From: a virus
Direction: 5' to 3' (one strand)
IMG/VR virus record: IMGVR_UViG_3300018080_000003
Coordinates: 79,728 to 143,727 of that record
Length of the DNA: 64,000 bases
Shown here: positions 43,534 through 52,529 of the stretch, one piece after another
Numbering within the stretch: position 1 is the first letter of the stretch
How the letters are laid out: the number at the start of each line of letters is the position of its first letter
Program-made: the position numbers and the translations under genes
The notes under the pieces: model-generated
Seen by the model: the letters and a program-made list of their open reading frames with translations, nothing else
The model's database searches: none
Told to the model about the DNA's origin: nothing

Positions 43534-44765
43534 CTCTTCGGCAGGCAACTAGTTCACCTACAGTAAAGAGCCCCGAAGGGCCTGCCCCGAAGGGCTTTCC
43601 TGCTTCACAGGGATGCCAACGCAAGAACCCTCCACAGGCAGGGCCGAGGCGTTCCCACGGCCTAGAATGATGGTAGCGGCATTCAAGTCCGCTTGCGAGT
43701 AGAAGCCACACGAAGTGCAGAAGAAGTCCTCGCCATCACGAGAGGCCTCGTCCGTGTAGCCGCACACCGAGCAGGTCTGAGAAGTGTAGGCAGGCTCCAC
43801 TTCGATCAGCTCCCCGCCGTTCCACTCCAGCTTGTACGCCAGCATCCCCCGGAACTGGCTCCAACCCGCATCTGCGATGTGACGAGCGAGAAAGGGATTT
43901 CGGATCATGTTCCTGACCCGAAGGTCTTCGATAACGACCCGCGAGTAGTTTCGAGCGTAGAAGGTCGAAAGCTCATGCAAGAAGTGGCGGCGCTGCTGCC
44001 GCACACGACGATGCAGTCGCGCAAGCTTCTTCTTCTGCTTCAAGAAGTTCGCCGAGCCCTTCTTCTTGCGACTGAGCTTCTTGTGCGCACGGCGAAGCTG
44101 TTCGAGCGAACGCTTGAGTGGACGTGGGCTCTTGATGAGACGACCGTCGCTGTCAGCTGCAAAGTAGGTGATGCCTCGATCGATGCCTATCGAGCGCTCA
44201 TCCGAAAGCCCTGGTGCACCGTGCTCGACCTCAGACAGCAAGCAAGCGTACCAGTGATCTGCGTCCCGCACGATGGTCACGCTCTTCATCTTCCCTTCGA
44301 AGGGACGGTGAACCACGATCTTCATCCTTCCCACCTTCGGGAACTGAAGCCTCGAACCTTCAAGCTTGCACGCGCGAGGCTCCGTCATGGCCATGCGATG
44401 GCGGCCCTTCTTTTTGAAGCGGGGCGCCTTGCTCACGCCTTTGAAGCAGCGCTTCCAGGCCTTCTCCAGTGTCATGAGCGTCTGTGTAGCAACGTCACGA
44501 GGGACGTCACGGATCCAGTCATGCTCTGCGCGAAGGTGCTTCAGCTGCTTGATCTGGTCGAAAGCCGTGGGGTACACCTTCTCCCCTTTGCAGCGGCGCA
44601 TGCCCATCAAATGCTGTTCCAGTGCAAGGTTCCACAAGAAGCGAAGGGTGTTCTCCCAGGAGAGCAGTCTCTGCTCCTGTGCTTCATCGGGATAGACCCG
44701 ATACTTGAAGGTCTTGTAGACCGGCACGGTCAAAGGCTAACCTATCTCTTGAGACAGGAGCAAGA
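43530..44765 (-). mobile_element. Non-autonomous tnpB-only element with a putative omega-RNA at its 3' end; boundaries approximate
   Basis: No tnpA present. Tandem cUUCGg hairpins at about 43569-43597 overlap the 3' end of tnpB. Confidence 0.55.
43558..44733 (-). CDS. tnpB: RNA-guided endonuclease TnpB (IS200/IS605 family)
   Basis: N-terminal HTH (KTFKYRVYP), RuvC GIDRG / VIEDL / ADLNAA, Zn finger TSQTCSVCG..CTSCG. Confidence 0.93.
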   Translation of the reverse strand: MTVPVYKTFKYRVYPDEAQEQRLLSWENTLRFLWNLALEQHLMGMRRCKGEKVYPTAFDQIKQLKHLRAEHDWIRDVPRDVATQTLMTLEKAWKRCFKGVSKAPRFKKKGRHRMAMTEPRACKLEGSRLQFPKVGRMKIVVHRPFEGKMKSVTIVRDADHWYACLLSEVEHGAPGLSDERSIGIDRGITYFAADSDGRLIKSPRPLKRSLEQLRRAHKKLSRKKKGSANFLKQKKKLARLHRRVRQQRRHFLHELSTFYARNYSRVVIEDLRVRNMIRNPFLARHIADAGWSQFRGMLAYKLEWNGGELIEVEPAYTSQTCSVCGYTDEASRDGEDFFCTSCGFYSQADLNAATIILGRGNASALPVEGSCVGIPVKQESPSGQALRGSLL

Positions 44766-44791
44766 ACCTGTGGAAAACTTGAGGAGACATT

Positions 44792-45148
44792 GTGAACCGC
44801 TTCGCATTCCCAGGTGAGAAGAACGTCCTCTTCCCGCGCCTCGATCCCATCGATGACACGAGAAGGCTCGATCCCAACGCGCCGGTGCTCGAAGCCTACC
44901 TTGGCGGCAGAAGGGTGCTCCTGGCTCGACCAGACCCGAAGACGAGACGACCTGGGATGCCAGTAGACCTGACCATCCCTCTATCGGTCTCACGCTACCG
45001 CTATGCTCGCGACATCGAACGTGATCGCGCTACAATGCCCTTTGAGCCCACGCCCATCGTCGGGTTCGAGCAAGACACCACGCCCCTCTGGGCAGCGCTT
45101 GCCGTAGCTGGCGCCATCGTCGGCCTCACCCTCTACTTGGCCCCCTGA
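44792..45148 (+). CDS. Protein with C-terminal TM anchor
   Basis: GAGGAG plus GTG; LWAALAVAGAIVGLTLYL. Confidence 0.7.
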   Translation: MNRFAFPGEKNVLFPRLDPIDDTRRLDPNAPVLEAYLGGRRVLLARPDPKTRRPGMPVDLTIPLSVSRYRYARDIERDRATMPFEPTPIVGFEQDTTPLWAALAVAGAIVGLTLYLAP

Positions 45149-45149
45149 G

Positions 45150-45335
45150 ATGCAAGAACGAAAGATCCGAACCATCACTGGAAAGCAGAACCCGGGAGGG
45201 CTCTTCGTTCCGCACACGCCGGCCCCGTCCTACCACGGCTACCATGGCGTAGAAGCCATGAGCGACGACAAGGCCATCCTCTTTCTCATCATCGGAGTCG
45301 GCCTCGTCATCGCTGGCGCGGCGACGATGAAGTGA
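45150..45335 (+). CDS. Small protein with C-terminal TM anchor
   Basis: ILFLIIGVGLVIAGA. Confidence 0.65.
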   Translation: MQERKIRTITGKQNPGGLFVPHTPAPSYHGYHGVEAMSDDKAILFLIIGVGLVIAGAATMK

Positions 45336-45339
45336 AACC

Positions 45340-45555
45340 ATGAGTGGCGTTCGAATCACCCGGAGCCAGCTCCGGAAGAGGAAGAAGAAGGCCTTGGCGA
45401 GTGCGCCCTACTGGGTGATCTGGCGAGACGAGAACATGCGCTGGATGGCCGAGTTCAACGGCGACTTCTACGTCGAGCTGGAAGCGTCTAGCCACGATGA
45501 GCTGATGGCCAACATCAACTTCATCACCGACACTGGACAGACTGAAGTCAACTGA
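45340..45555 (+). CDS. Hypothetical protein
   Basis: ORF in operon. Confidence 0.65.
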   Translation: MSGVRITRSQLRKRKKKALASAPYWVIWRDENMRWMAEFNGDFYVELEASSHDELMANINFITDTGQTEVN

Positions 45556-45611
45556 GTCAGACTATACGTAGGCGTAGCCTACGAGGTCACCCCTGCCCAC
45601 TGGTGGCCACC

Positions 45612-45652
45612 CTGAAGCCAGCGTGTCTCGATCCACGCTGGCTTCAGCTTTT
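45612..45652. terminator. Hairpin terminator between convergent genes
   Basis: 14-bp perfect stem CTGAAGCCAGCGTG/CACGCTGGCTTCAG followed by CTTTT. Confidence 0.7.
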
Positions 45653-46052
45653 AGATCCCAAAGCTCGGGAGTGAGCTGTTGTGAGGGTCCTTCGGGTCGA
45701 CGTACTGCATCGCCAGCACCTTACTCTTCGCGAAGACCGGAGGACACTTGGTCTGGTCCTGAGCCACCTCCCACTTGCGCACACGCCACATGCCTCCTGG
45801 CGTGTTCGGCTTGAGATGCTTCGGGACGATCGTGGCCATCAGCTGAAAGACAAAAGTCATCTCTTGAGCACGGTTCATGCCTAAAGGCAGCGTACGCGTC
45901 TCGTACAGCTGCTCGCTCTCTGACCCTCCGTCAGGATGAAAGGTCAGTCCGAGCAAGGTCTCTACTGGCTTGCACGTCTCCTTCTTCTTCTTGTGGTAAA
46001 CGACAGCGCCGCCACCAAGGGCGAGCAGAATGGCTGCAAGGATGGGGTCCAT
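45651..46052 (-). CDS. Protein with N-terminal TM anchor
   Basis: ILAAILLALGGGAVVY-KKKK; AGGAG RBS. Confidence 0.7.
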   Translation of the reverse strand: MDPILAAILLALGGGAVVYHKKKKETCKPVETLLGLTFHPDGGSESEQLYETRTLPLGMNRAQEMTFVFQLMATIVPKHLKPNTPGGMWRVRKWEVAQDQTKCPPVFAKSKVLAMQYVDPKDPHNSSLPSFGI

Positions 46053-46060
46053 GGGATCTC

Positions 46061-49000
46061 CTAGAGGATGGCACCCCAGAGATGAACGGGGGTGGGAAGG
46101 TCGAAAGCGTTGCCGTTGCGACGGTAGTTCTCCCGGAAGATATCACCGACGAACTCTTGCTGGCGAGCAGAGGCAAACTCCTCGTTGAAGTCGTCGAACA
46201 TGCTTTCAGCGAACGTCGGCTCGACCACGGTAGAGCGCTCTCGGATCGACTCGTACGCTCGGATGATGCCTTCAGGGCGCTCCAGGCTCATGCCTTGGCG
46301 CCGAAGCATGCGACGAAGCTCGTCTTCCTGGGCAGGGGCGCAAGGCACCTTGTAGCTCTTCATGATCTCAACCAGGAGCGACGTGAACTCAGGACGCTGG
46401 ATGTACTGCTTGCCCTTCTGGCGCCCCTGGATGATCTCCCAAAGCCGCCGCGCGATCCGGCGCGCAACACACTCAGAGTGGGCCTGATGCCGGAGCGCGA
46501 AGTCTTCCTTGAAAGCCATCGTGTGCACAATGGTCTGGCTCTCGATGTTGAACAGCTCACGGAACGCCGACAGAGGAGCCTTGTCACACAGGGCGACGAG
46601 TCTCAGGGCTCTGTCCTCGGCGGCTTCTTTGCCAAACAACTTTCGCACCTCGTTCAAGTAGAACCGCTGACGCTTGCCGCCGGCTCCCACCGTCTGAAGC
46701 TCCCCCTTCTTCCGCTTCTTGATCAAAGCCATCGCGTCATACCCAGGCTGGTTGGCCACCCTTGAGACGAACACCTCCAGCTCGTCAGAGACGCGCTGCG
46801 CAGCAGCCTCGAAGCTCCGCGTGTTGACCTGACCTCGGCTTCTCGCCTTCTCCTCTTGCAGCTGATCTAGCGAACCATCGATGCTGCAAAGCGCGTCGAT
46901 GAACTTCGCGACGTCTACACGAGAGAACCGATCGAACTGACGCTTCATGCTGCGGACGGGCTGATTGGTCGCAGCAGCCAGCCAGTCCAGCATCTCCTCG
47001 CGCTCGTCAAACGGAAGATCGTAGACCGGGTCACTGTCTGCATACCAAGCCGGAGCCAGATCGCTCATGGGCTGCGGCGTCTGCTGCTTCTTCTCCCAGC
47101 CCTCTGGCGTGCCTGGTGTCGTGCGGTACTGGCCGCCACGGACGCGGAACCAAGCGATGATCTCCTCCGGAAGGTGCTCCCGAAACACCTCACGCGGCTC
47201 AGGCGCCCTGAAGCTACCTCGAAGCTTCGTCTCCGGCCACGGCGCCTCAGGCGCAACGAAGCGTCCCTCTCGGCCCGAAAGAACGTCTTGGACCTGCGCC
47301 GTCACCTTCAGCGACTCTTCGATCCACTTCTCCAGCGCGAGTACGCGGGTGAACTTCCCTGCATCAGAAGCCCACTCCATCCAAAGCTCAGACAGACCTC
47401 GGCACACACCATCATCTGGTCCGCAGTCTCCGACCTGCCCGGGGCTCATCACTGGCATCGCGGGGGAAAGCTTTCCGTCCGTGCCAAGCCACCAGTTGAG
47501 CCCGCTCTCCTTTCCGGAGAAGACCCAGTTGGCCAAGTCCAGACCAGCGGGGCCGTAGAGCCTCCCGTCGTCTGCTCTTGCACGCTGACGCTGGCGCGCT
47601 TCTTCGATCTTCGGGTCAAGCACGATCGGTTCATCATCCGGCTCGTCAAAGCGACCCACCAGCTTGCCGAAGTCCTCGAAGCTTAGATCCTCATCATCCT
47701 CATCTTCATCGAAGTCCTCGTCGAACTCACTTTGGTTCGGGATGAACTCCATCTTGGAGACCAAGCTCTGCTTCTTGCGGCCTCCGCTCTTGATGAGCTG
47801 CTGCCGGTTGCCCTTCTCGCCCCAATGGACCCGGTAGATGATGCAGAGCCGTCGAATCGACTCGGCGTCCAGACTCAAGCAGGTTTGAATCTTCGTATCC
47901 TCGCCGCTCGTCAGACGCTTGCCTCGACGCTTCTCGATGTTCTGGATGAAAGCTTCTTCGCTCGAAGGCCCTGGCGCGCTGCCCAGATCCTCGAACTCCA
48001 CCGCCTCGACCGGCTCAACTTCTCGGGTTTGAGGTCGCGCTGGGCGACGTTCCTCGGCTTGAGGTCGCGCCGGGCGAAGACGGGGGCGCGGCGCCTCGGG
48101 GACACCCATGGGCTCGATGTCCTCAGAAGAGATCGTCGGCACCTCAGGCTCAGGCGGAAGCTCACGGAACGAACGCCCAGGTACTGTCGCCCTGGGGGCG
48201 ACGCGGGCCCCCGATGGGGCCTCGGGCTGGGGCCGGAGCCGGAACGGCTCCGCGATCATCTTCTCCTCGTCGAACTCCTCGATGTAGAGGCCCGTCGTCG
48301 CAACACTCGTGTGGCCGAGCATCTTCTGAACCCGGTTCATGGGCGTTCCGCCTTCGATGGCGATGCGCGCGAACAAGCCACGCAAACCATGAGGGTGCGC
48401 TCGCTGGAAGTCCGGGCTTCCCGGCTCGATACCAGCCTTTTCCGCTCGACGGCGAAGCATCATCGCGATCCCCGGGCGCGTGAGACCTGCCTCGCCCGTG
48501 CCCGCGTTCGCGCCCCAGTAGGCAACGGCCGGGATGAGAGGCGCATCGTCGCGGCTCAAGAGCGACGCCGCGCGGCTCTTGCCCTGGTAACGGAGCTGGT
48601 GCTCTGCCATTTTCTGGATGCGGACATCCATCTCCACCAGGGCACGCTGCGCAGCAGGAGGCACGATCACCTTGCGCTTCTTGTTCCGCTTGCCAAGCAG
48701 CGTCACCATCGGCCGGTCGTAGTCACGACGCTTCAGGCGATGGACCTCCACCGAACGCGCACCCGTCTGCGCCATGAAGATAAGCAACGCACGATCCCGG
48801 ACGTCCTTGAACGTCGGCTCTCGCCCTCGGATGGGCGGGGGCACAGGACGGCCCCAGAATGCAGCCTCTGCCGCTGCCAAGGCACCGCCGCCGTGCGTTC
48901 GTGTGAACGTCGTAGCCAACAGCCGCAGGAAGAACGTCAAGGGCGTCTGCTTGGCCTTGCGCGCCTGCTGTCTGAAGCTCGGTGCCTCACTGAGCACCTG

Positions 49001-49729
49001 CTTCAGCGGCGGCGTCCAGATGTTGAACCGCAAGAGCGGCTCCTCACGACCCGGCACGTTCTCCGTGCTGCTCGTGATGAAGTACTTCCAGAGCGAGCTG
49101 AGGGCGCTCAAGCGCGTGACCATCATGGACGCACGCTCGGCGCCTGAAGGCGCCTGGACCTTCGGGACGTAGTACCGAAACACATCCTCAGGAGGCCGAA
49201 TGACAGCGCCTCCGTTCGCTCGTCGATATTCTTCAACCGTGGGTGTCCTCACCAGGGTCTTGGCTCTTACCAGACAGCCCAACCGCTTCACGTACCAGTC
49301 GTAGCTGCGCGTCATGAAGGTCTTGGTACGCAAACCCTCCAAGTTGATGCCAGGGTTGTCCTTCACGACCTCGAAGATGATGAGATCATCCCGGCGACTC
49401 GGGTCAGCACGCAACCGCTCCTCCGTCAGAGGGTCGTCGTGCTCACGCAGCCACCGAGCGAACTCTACCGCATCTGCACGCCGCACTTGGTCGGGAGTGA
49501 CGATTCGACCCTTCTCTTTACGGTACCACTCGAAGAACTGGAGAATGGAAAAGCTGTAGCTTCTCAGGGTGTTACGGCTCCTGATCGCACGAAGAAAGTC
49601 CACCAGCGCCGAAGTGAAGGCCTGACCACGAGGCTGGTACTTCCACTCCTGTCCGATCTGACCGAGGGTCAGCTCCGTTCGGGTCTGCTGATCCTGCGGC
49701 TTGTCGAGGCTGATGACACTCTGGGCCAC
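46061..49729 (-). CDS. Giant tyrosine recombinase (Xer/integrase catalytic domain plus about 700-aa unknown C-terminal region)
   Basis: Core-binding SRNTLRSY...LSALSSLWKYF; RDRAL..TGARSVE (R), LGKRNK (K), HPHGLR (HxxR), LGH, TTGLY (Y). Confidence 0.9.
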   Translation of the reverse strand: MAQSVISLDKPQDQQTRTELTLGQIGQEWKYQPRGQAFTSALVDFLRAIRSRNTLRSYSFSILQFFEWYRKEKGRIVTPDQVRRADAVEFARWLREHDDPLTEERLRADPSRRDDLIIFEVVKDNPGINLEGLRTKTFMTRSYDWYVKRLGCLVRAKTLVRTPTVEEYRRANGGAVIRPPEDVFRYYVPKVQAPSGAERASMMVTRLSALSSLWKYFITSSTENVPGREEPLLRFNIWTPPLKQVLSEAPSFRQQARKAKQTPLTFFLRLLATTFTRTHGGGALAAAEAAFWGRPVPPPIRGREPTFKDVRDRALLIFMAQTGARSVEVHRLKRRDYDRPMVTLLGKRNKKRKVIVPPAAQRALVEMDVRIQKMAEHQLRYQGKSRAASLLSRDDAPLIPAVAYWGANAGTGEAGLTRPGIAMMLRRRAEKAGIEPGSPDFQRAHPHGLRGLFARIAIEGGTPMNRVQKMLGHTSVATTGLYIEEFDEEKMIAEPFRLRPQPEAPSGARVAPRATVPGRSFRELPPEPEVPTISSEDIEPMGVPEAPRPRLRPARPQAEERRPARPQTREVEPVEAVEFEDLGSAPGPSSEEAFIQNIEKRRGKRLTSGEDTKIQTCLSLDAESIRRLCIIYRVHWGEKGNRQQLIKSGGRKKQSLVSKMEFIPNQSEFDEDFDEDEDDEDLSFEDFGKLVGRFDEPDDEPIVLDPKIEEARQRQRARADDGRLYGPAGLDLANWVFSGKESGLNWWLGTDGKLSPAMPVMSPGQVGDCGPDDGVCRGLSELWMEWASDAGKFTRVLALEKWIEESLKVTAQVQDVLSGREGRFVAPEAPWPETKLRGSFRAPEPREVFREHLPEEIIAWFRVRGGQYRTTPGTPEGWEKKQQTPQPMSDLAPAWYADSDPVYDLPFDEREEMLDWLAAATNQPVRSMKRQFDRFSRVDVAKFIDALCSIDGSLDQLQEEKARSRGQVNTRSFEAAAQRVSDELEVFVSRVANQPGYDAMALIKKRKKGELQTVGAGGKRQRFYLNEVRKLFGKEAAEDRALRLVALCDKAPLSAFRELFNIESQTIVHTMAFKEDFALRHQAHSECVARRIARRLWEIIQGRQKGKQYIQRPEFTSLLVEIMKSYKVPCAPAQEDELRRMLRRQGMSLERPEGIIRAYESIRERSTVVEPTFAESMFDDFNEEFASARQQEFVGDIFRENYRRNGNAFDLPTPVHLWGAIL

Positions 49730-49734
49730 GAGTC

Positions 49735-49751
49735 GATTCTACTGTAGAATC
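49735..49751. promoter_or_regulatory. Palindromic -10/operator directly upstream of the recombinase start
   Basis: GATTCTAC-T-GTAGAATC; TAGAAT lies 6 nt before the GTG on the - strand. Confidence 0.55.
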
Positions 49752-49756
49752 CGCGA

Positions 49757-49942
49757 TCAGTCTTCCGCTGAGCGCATCTGGGTGATGACATCGCCTTCAG
49801 ACTCGAACAGCGCAGCTTTCGCGTTCTTGTACAAGACTTCCGCAAAGACCTGCTCTCCGATATTCATGCACATGTCCCCGAATTCAGTAAGAGTCTTTGC
49901 GCTTCCCGTTCGGATGGCTCTCTCCGCTACTGAGGTCAGCAA
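49757..49942 (-). CDS. Hypothetical protein
   Basis: ORF in operon; start uncertain. Confidence 0.5.
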   Translation of the reverse strand: MLTSVAERAIRTGSAKTLTEFGDMCMNIGEQVFAEVLYKNAKAALFESEGDVITQMRSAED

Positions 49943-49965
49943 CCGCTTGAGCGAGGCTTCCGCGG

Positions 49966-50226
49966 TTACCTGTTACACGCCGTCACCTCCACGTCTAGAT
50001 CTCGCTCCGGCGCCTGTCCCGGTTCTTCCGGGCCTGGCGGCATATCGGGCCCGGGGATGAAATGGATCGTCAGCGTGACGAGCTGCCCGTCCTCTTGCTG
50101 AGTCCAGCTCATCCCATGGACAGAGCAGAGGTTGATCCCCATTTGGTTCGGGATGGCGTCGATTGGAAGCGGCGCCAGCTCGGGGTGGGCGATCAGCTCG
50201 TCAATGGTCTTGGTGGTGTGTTTCAT
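49966..50226 (-). CDS. Hypothetical protein
   Basis: ORF in operon. Confidence 0.65.
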   Translation of the reverse strand: MKHTTKTIDELIAHPELAPLPIDAIPNQMGINLCSVHGMSWTQQEDGQLVTLTIHFIPGPDMPPGPEEPGQAPERDLDVEVTACNR

Positions 50227-50434
50227 GATAGATCTCTTCGCTCTCGGTGATGCCCAGCCGCTTCGCGGCGGCGAGGGGACACATGGTTACCGGGTCCTCG
50301 TCCTCTTTCCGGCGTTTGTCCCACTGGTAGTGTCGATACTCGATGAGCCCCTTGTGCAAGATCGCAAGCAGCAAGTAGACAACCGCCAGAGCGATCAAGA
50401 CCAACCCCGCCAGCTTCAGGACAGTCCAGATCAT
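50201..50434 (-). CDS. Small membrane protein
   Basis: N-terminal TM segment; ATGA-coupled. Confidence 0.6.
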   Translation of the reverse strand: MIWTVLKLAGLVLIALAVVYLLLAILHKGLIEYRHYQWDKRRKEDEDPVTMCPLAAAKRLGITESEEIYHETHHQDH

Positions 50435-51120
50435 CTCTTCTTTTTCGGCTTGTCCTTCACGGTCTTCGCTTCCAACTCGCGGTGATACTGCTTGATGAGC
50501 GGGTGCCAACGCACAGAGCGGCCCGGAGGAGCCTTCTCCTTCTTGCGAGCCTGGCTCACCAGCGCTTCCTTGCCCGACTTGCTGCGCATCAGGCGCTGAA
50601 TGACGCTCTTCGGCAGACAGAGCCGCTTGCGACCTCCAGAGAGGCTGTTGCTCGGAGCGCCACACTTGTCCGAGTAGTCCACGTCACCGCCACGCTTGAC
50701 GATGACCACGCGCCAGTCCTGCGTCGTCCAAGCGTAGCTCTGGTAGCCCGGAGCCCGGTTCTCGCGGTACCCGTTCAGCGTGTAAGCATTCGCTTCGAAA
50801 TCCCCCGCCTTGTACTCGGCGAGCGTCTGTTCAGCCCAGTCGCGACCAGAGTCGCCGCCCCACAAGAGCCACGCCTGGTAGCCCTTGCTGTCGACGCCCC
50901 AGCCCTTCCCCTTCTTGTCGACCTCGTGACGCGCGAAGTAGCTCACCATCCGCTTGATGGTCGAGAGCGACACCCGCTGCTGATTCGCGAGTTGAGAGCC
51001 CCGACGGATCCCCACTGACGTGCAGCAACGGCGACTCTGAGGCAACGAGTTCCGCAAGTCGATGCCCTTCTGGGCCTCGCGAGCGACCTCAAGCGGCGGG
51101 ATGAAAGACGGCTCAGACAT
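50431..51120 (-). CDS. Two-domain basic phage protein (head-associated-type N domain plus DUF5872-like C domain)
   Basis: SLSTIKRMVSYFARH...AWLLWGG...W; then WTTQDW...CLPK. Tentative. Confidence 0.65.
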   Translation of the reverse strand: MSEPSFIPPLEVAREAQKGIDLRNSLPQSRRCCTSVGIRRGSQLANQQRVSLSTIKRMVSYFARHEVDKKGKGWGVDSKGYQAWLLWGGDSGRDWAEQTLAEYKAGDFEANAYTLNGYRENRAPGYQSYAWTTQDWRVVIVKRGGDVDYSDKCGAPSNSLSGGRKRLCLPKSVIQRLMRSKSGKEALVSQARKKEKAPPGRSVRWHPLIKQYHRELEAKTVKDKPKKKR

Positions 51121-51337
51121 GGGCTAGGTGGTCGGGATGAATATGAAAGGCGCCATGATCATCCAAGTCTCTACCAGTGCGAGTGTCAAAACGGCGAGAC
51201 CAAGACACCTCAGGCCGAAAGGGACCTGAACGCCGAACAACTCGCTTGAGTGTAACGACGTGCAAGCGCTTCTTGACGACCGAAGCCTGCAGAACATGAG
51301 AAGGGTCGGCGTTCTCAACGAGACGGATCGTCATCAT
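51113..51337 (-). CDS. Hypothetical protein
   Basis: GGAGG RBS; coupled. Confidence 0.55.
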   Translation of the reverse strand: MMTIRLVENADPSHVLQASVVKKRLHVVTLKRVVRRSGPFRPEVSWSRRFDTRTGRDLDDHGAFHIHPDHLAHV

Positions 51338-51771
51338 GCCTCCCAAGGTCGGCCGAACGCCTGCTCGAACTTTCGCTCGATGACCTCGTACATCGGAAGT
51401 TGAAGTGTAGCAGACTCGCGCTTGATCCAATCCCGGAAAGGCTTCGTCACCTTCATCGAGGTGAACGTCATCGCCTGCCGCTTTGCCTGCGCATCATCTG
51501 GGAGCTTGAGCCACAACGGCAGCTTGCCATGCCGCGCCACGTGTCCGATCAGGTTGCACAGCTCATCCGTCGGGCTGAACCAACCAGAATGCGTGTGACA
51601 CGACGCGAAATAGGACCGGAGCGCGACCTCCGTCCTGACCGTGCCTTCAGCTGTCGCAGTCAGCTCGATAACCCGAGGACTGAACGACTGTATCGTCGCC
51701 ACGCGCTCCTGCGGGTTCTTGGCGTACCCGATGAACACACGCCCGCAGTCGCTGCCCGCAAAGAGGATCAT
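51334..51771 (-). CDS. T5orf172/GIY-YIG-like protein
   Basis: VFIGYAKNPQERV..IQ..SP...E..L...F......GWF; possibly degenerate. Confidence 0.65.
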   Translation of the reverse strand: MILFAGSDCGRVFIGYAKNPQERVATIQSFSPRVIELTATAEGTVRTEVALRSYFASCHTHSGWFSPTDELCNLIGHVARHGKLPLWLKLPDDAQAKRQAMTFTSMKVTKPFRDWIKRESATLQLPMYEVIERKFEQAFGRPWEA

Positions 51772-51794
51772 CTTGGGTAGAAAGTCTACCCGAA

Positions 51795-52529
51795 CTAGTA
51801 GAGCATATCCAGCAGCTCGCGGTCCTTGTCCGAGAGCGTGCCGCGCTTCTTGCCTTCCATTAGGTCCTGGAAGGTGTTGTCGTCGAGGATGGCCCAAACG
51901 TAGGGCTCATCAGCCAGCAGTGAACCGAAGGCGCGATGGTTGCCGTCACGGATGGTGAATGACCAAGAGCCGAGATCGCCTTCCTCGTTCTCCACCGCAT
52001 CGCGAAGAGCTTGTTCCATCTCCTCCTTCATCTCCTCGTACTCTTCCTCGCCAGGCTCGCCGTAAGCGCTGAGGTACTCGCCTGGATCAACGAGGTACTC
52101 ATCCAGGTCATCATCCCCCGTTGAGTACGGCTCATCCATGTCGTCGCCACCGGAGCCATGGTACTCGATGCTCTCCTTGACGCTCTGGAGATCGATCTTG
52201 CTGGCCGTCCCATACGGCGCGATGAAGTAGACCTTCTCAGGGTGGTGGATGACGCCCTGCATGACCGCGTTCAGTTTCTCGGGATAGAAGATGTTCCCCT
52301 CGATGTGAAGCGCGTAGTCAGGGTCGACCCGGAGCATGCGACCCTTGTCTCCGATCCAGATCACATTCCGGCCAGTGTAGAGATTCTCAGGTTCGCGCTC
52401 TTCGGCCTCTTCCCCCAACTCACCAGAAGCGGAGCCAGGATAGTATTCCTCGAAGTCATCATACGACGCACTGTCATCCACCAACGACTCCAGCGCCGGA
52501 AGATGGCCCGGGTTCATGCTGTATTTCAT
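51795..52529 (-). CDS. Acidic protein with a ParB/Srx-like motif
   Basis: IRDGNHRA. Confidence 0.55.
   Translation of the reverse strand: MKYSMNPGHLPALESLVDDSASYDDFEEYYPGSASGELGEEAEEREPENLYTGRNVIWIGDKGRMLRVDPDYALHIEGNIFYPEKLNAVMQGVIHHPEKVYFIAPYGTASKIDLQSVKESIEYHGSGGDDMDEPYSTGDDDLDEYLVDPGEYLSAYGEPGEEEYEEMKEEMEQALRDAVENEEGDLGSWSFTIRDGNHRAFGSLLADEPYVWAILDDNTFQDLMEGKKRGTLSDKDRELLDMLY

Noticed and set aside
47683-47695. 13-nt match (TTAGATCCTCATC) to the sequence flanking tnpB as a guide target
   Set aside because: The match covers only the distal part of the putative guide, not the seed, and is plausible by chance.
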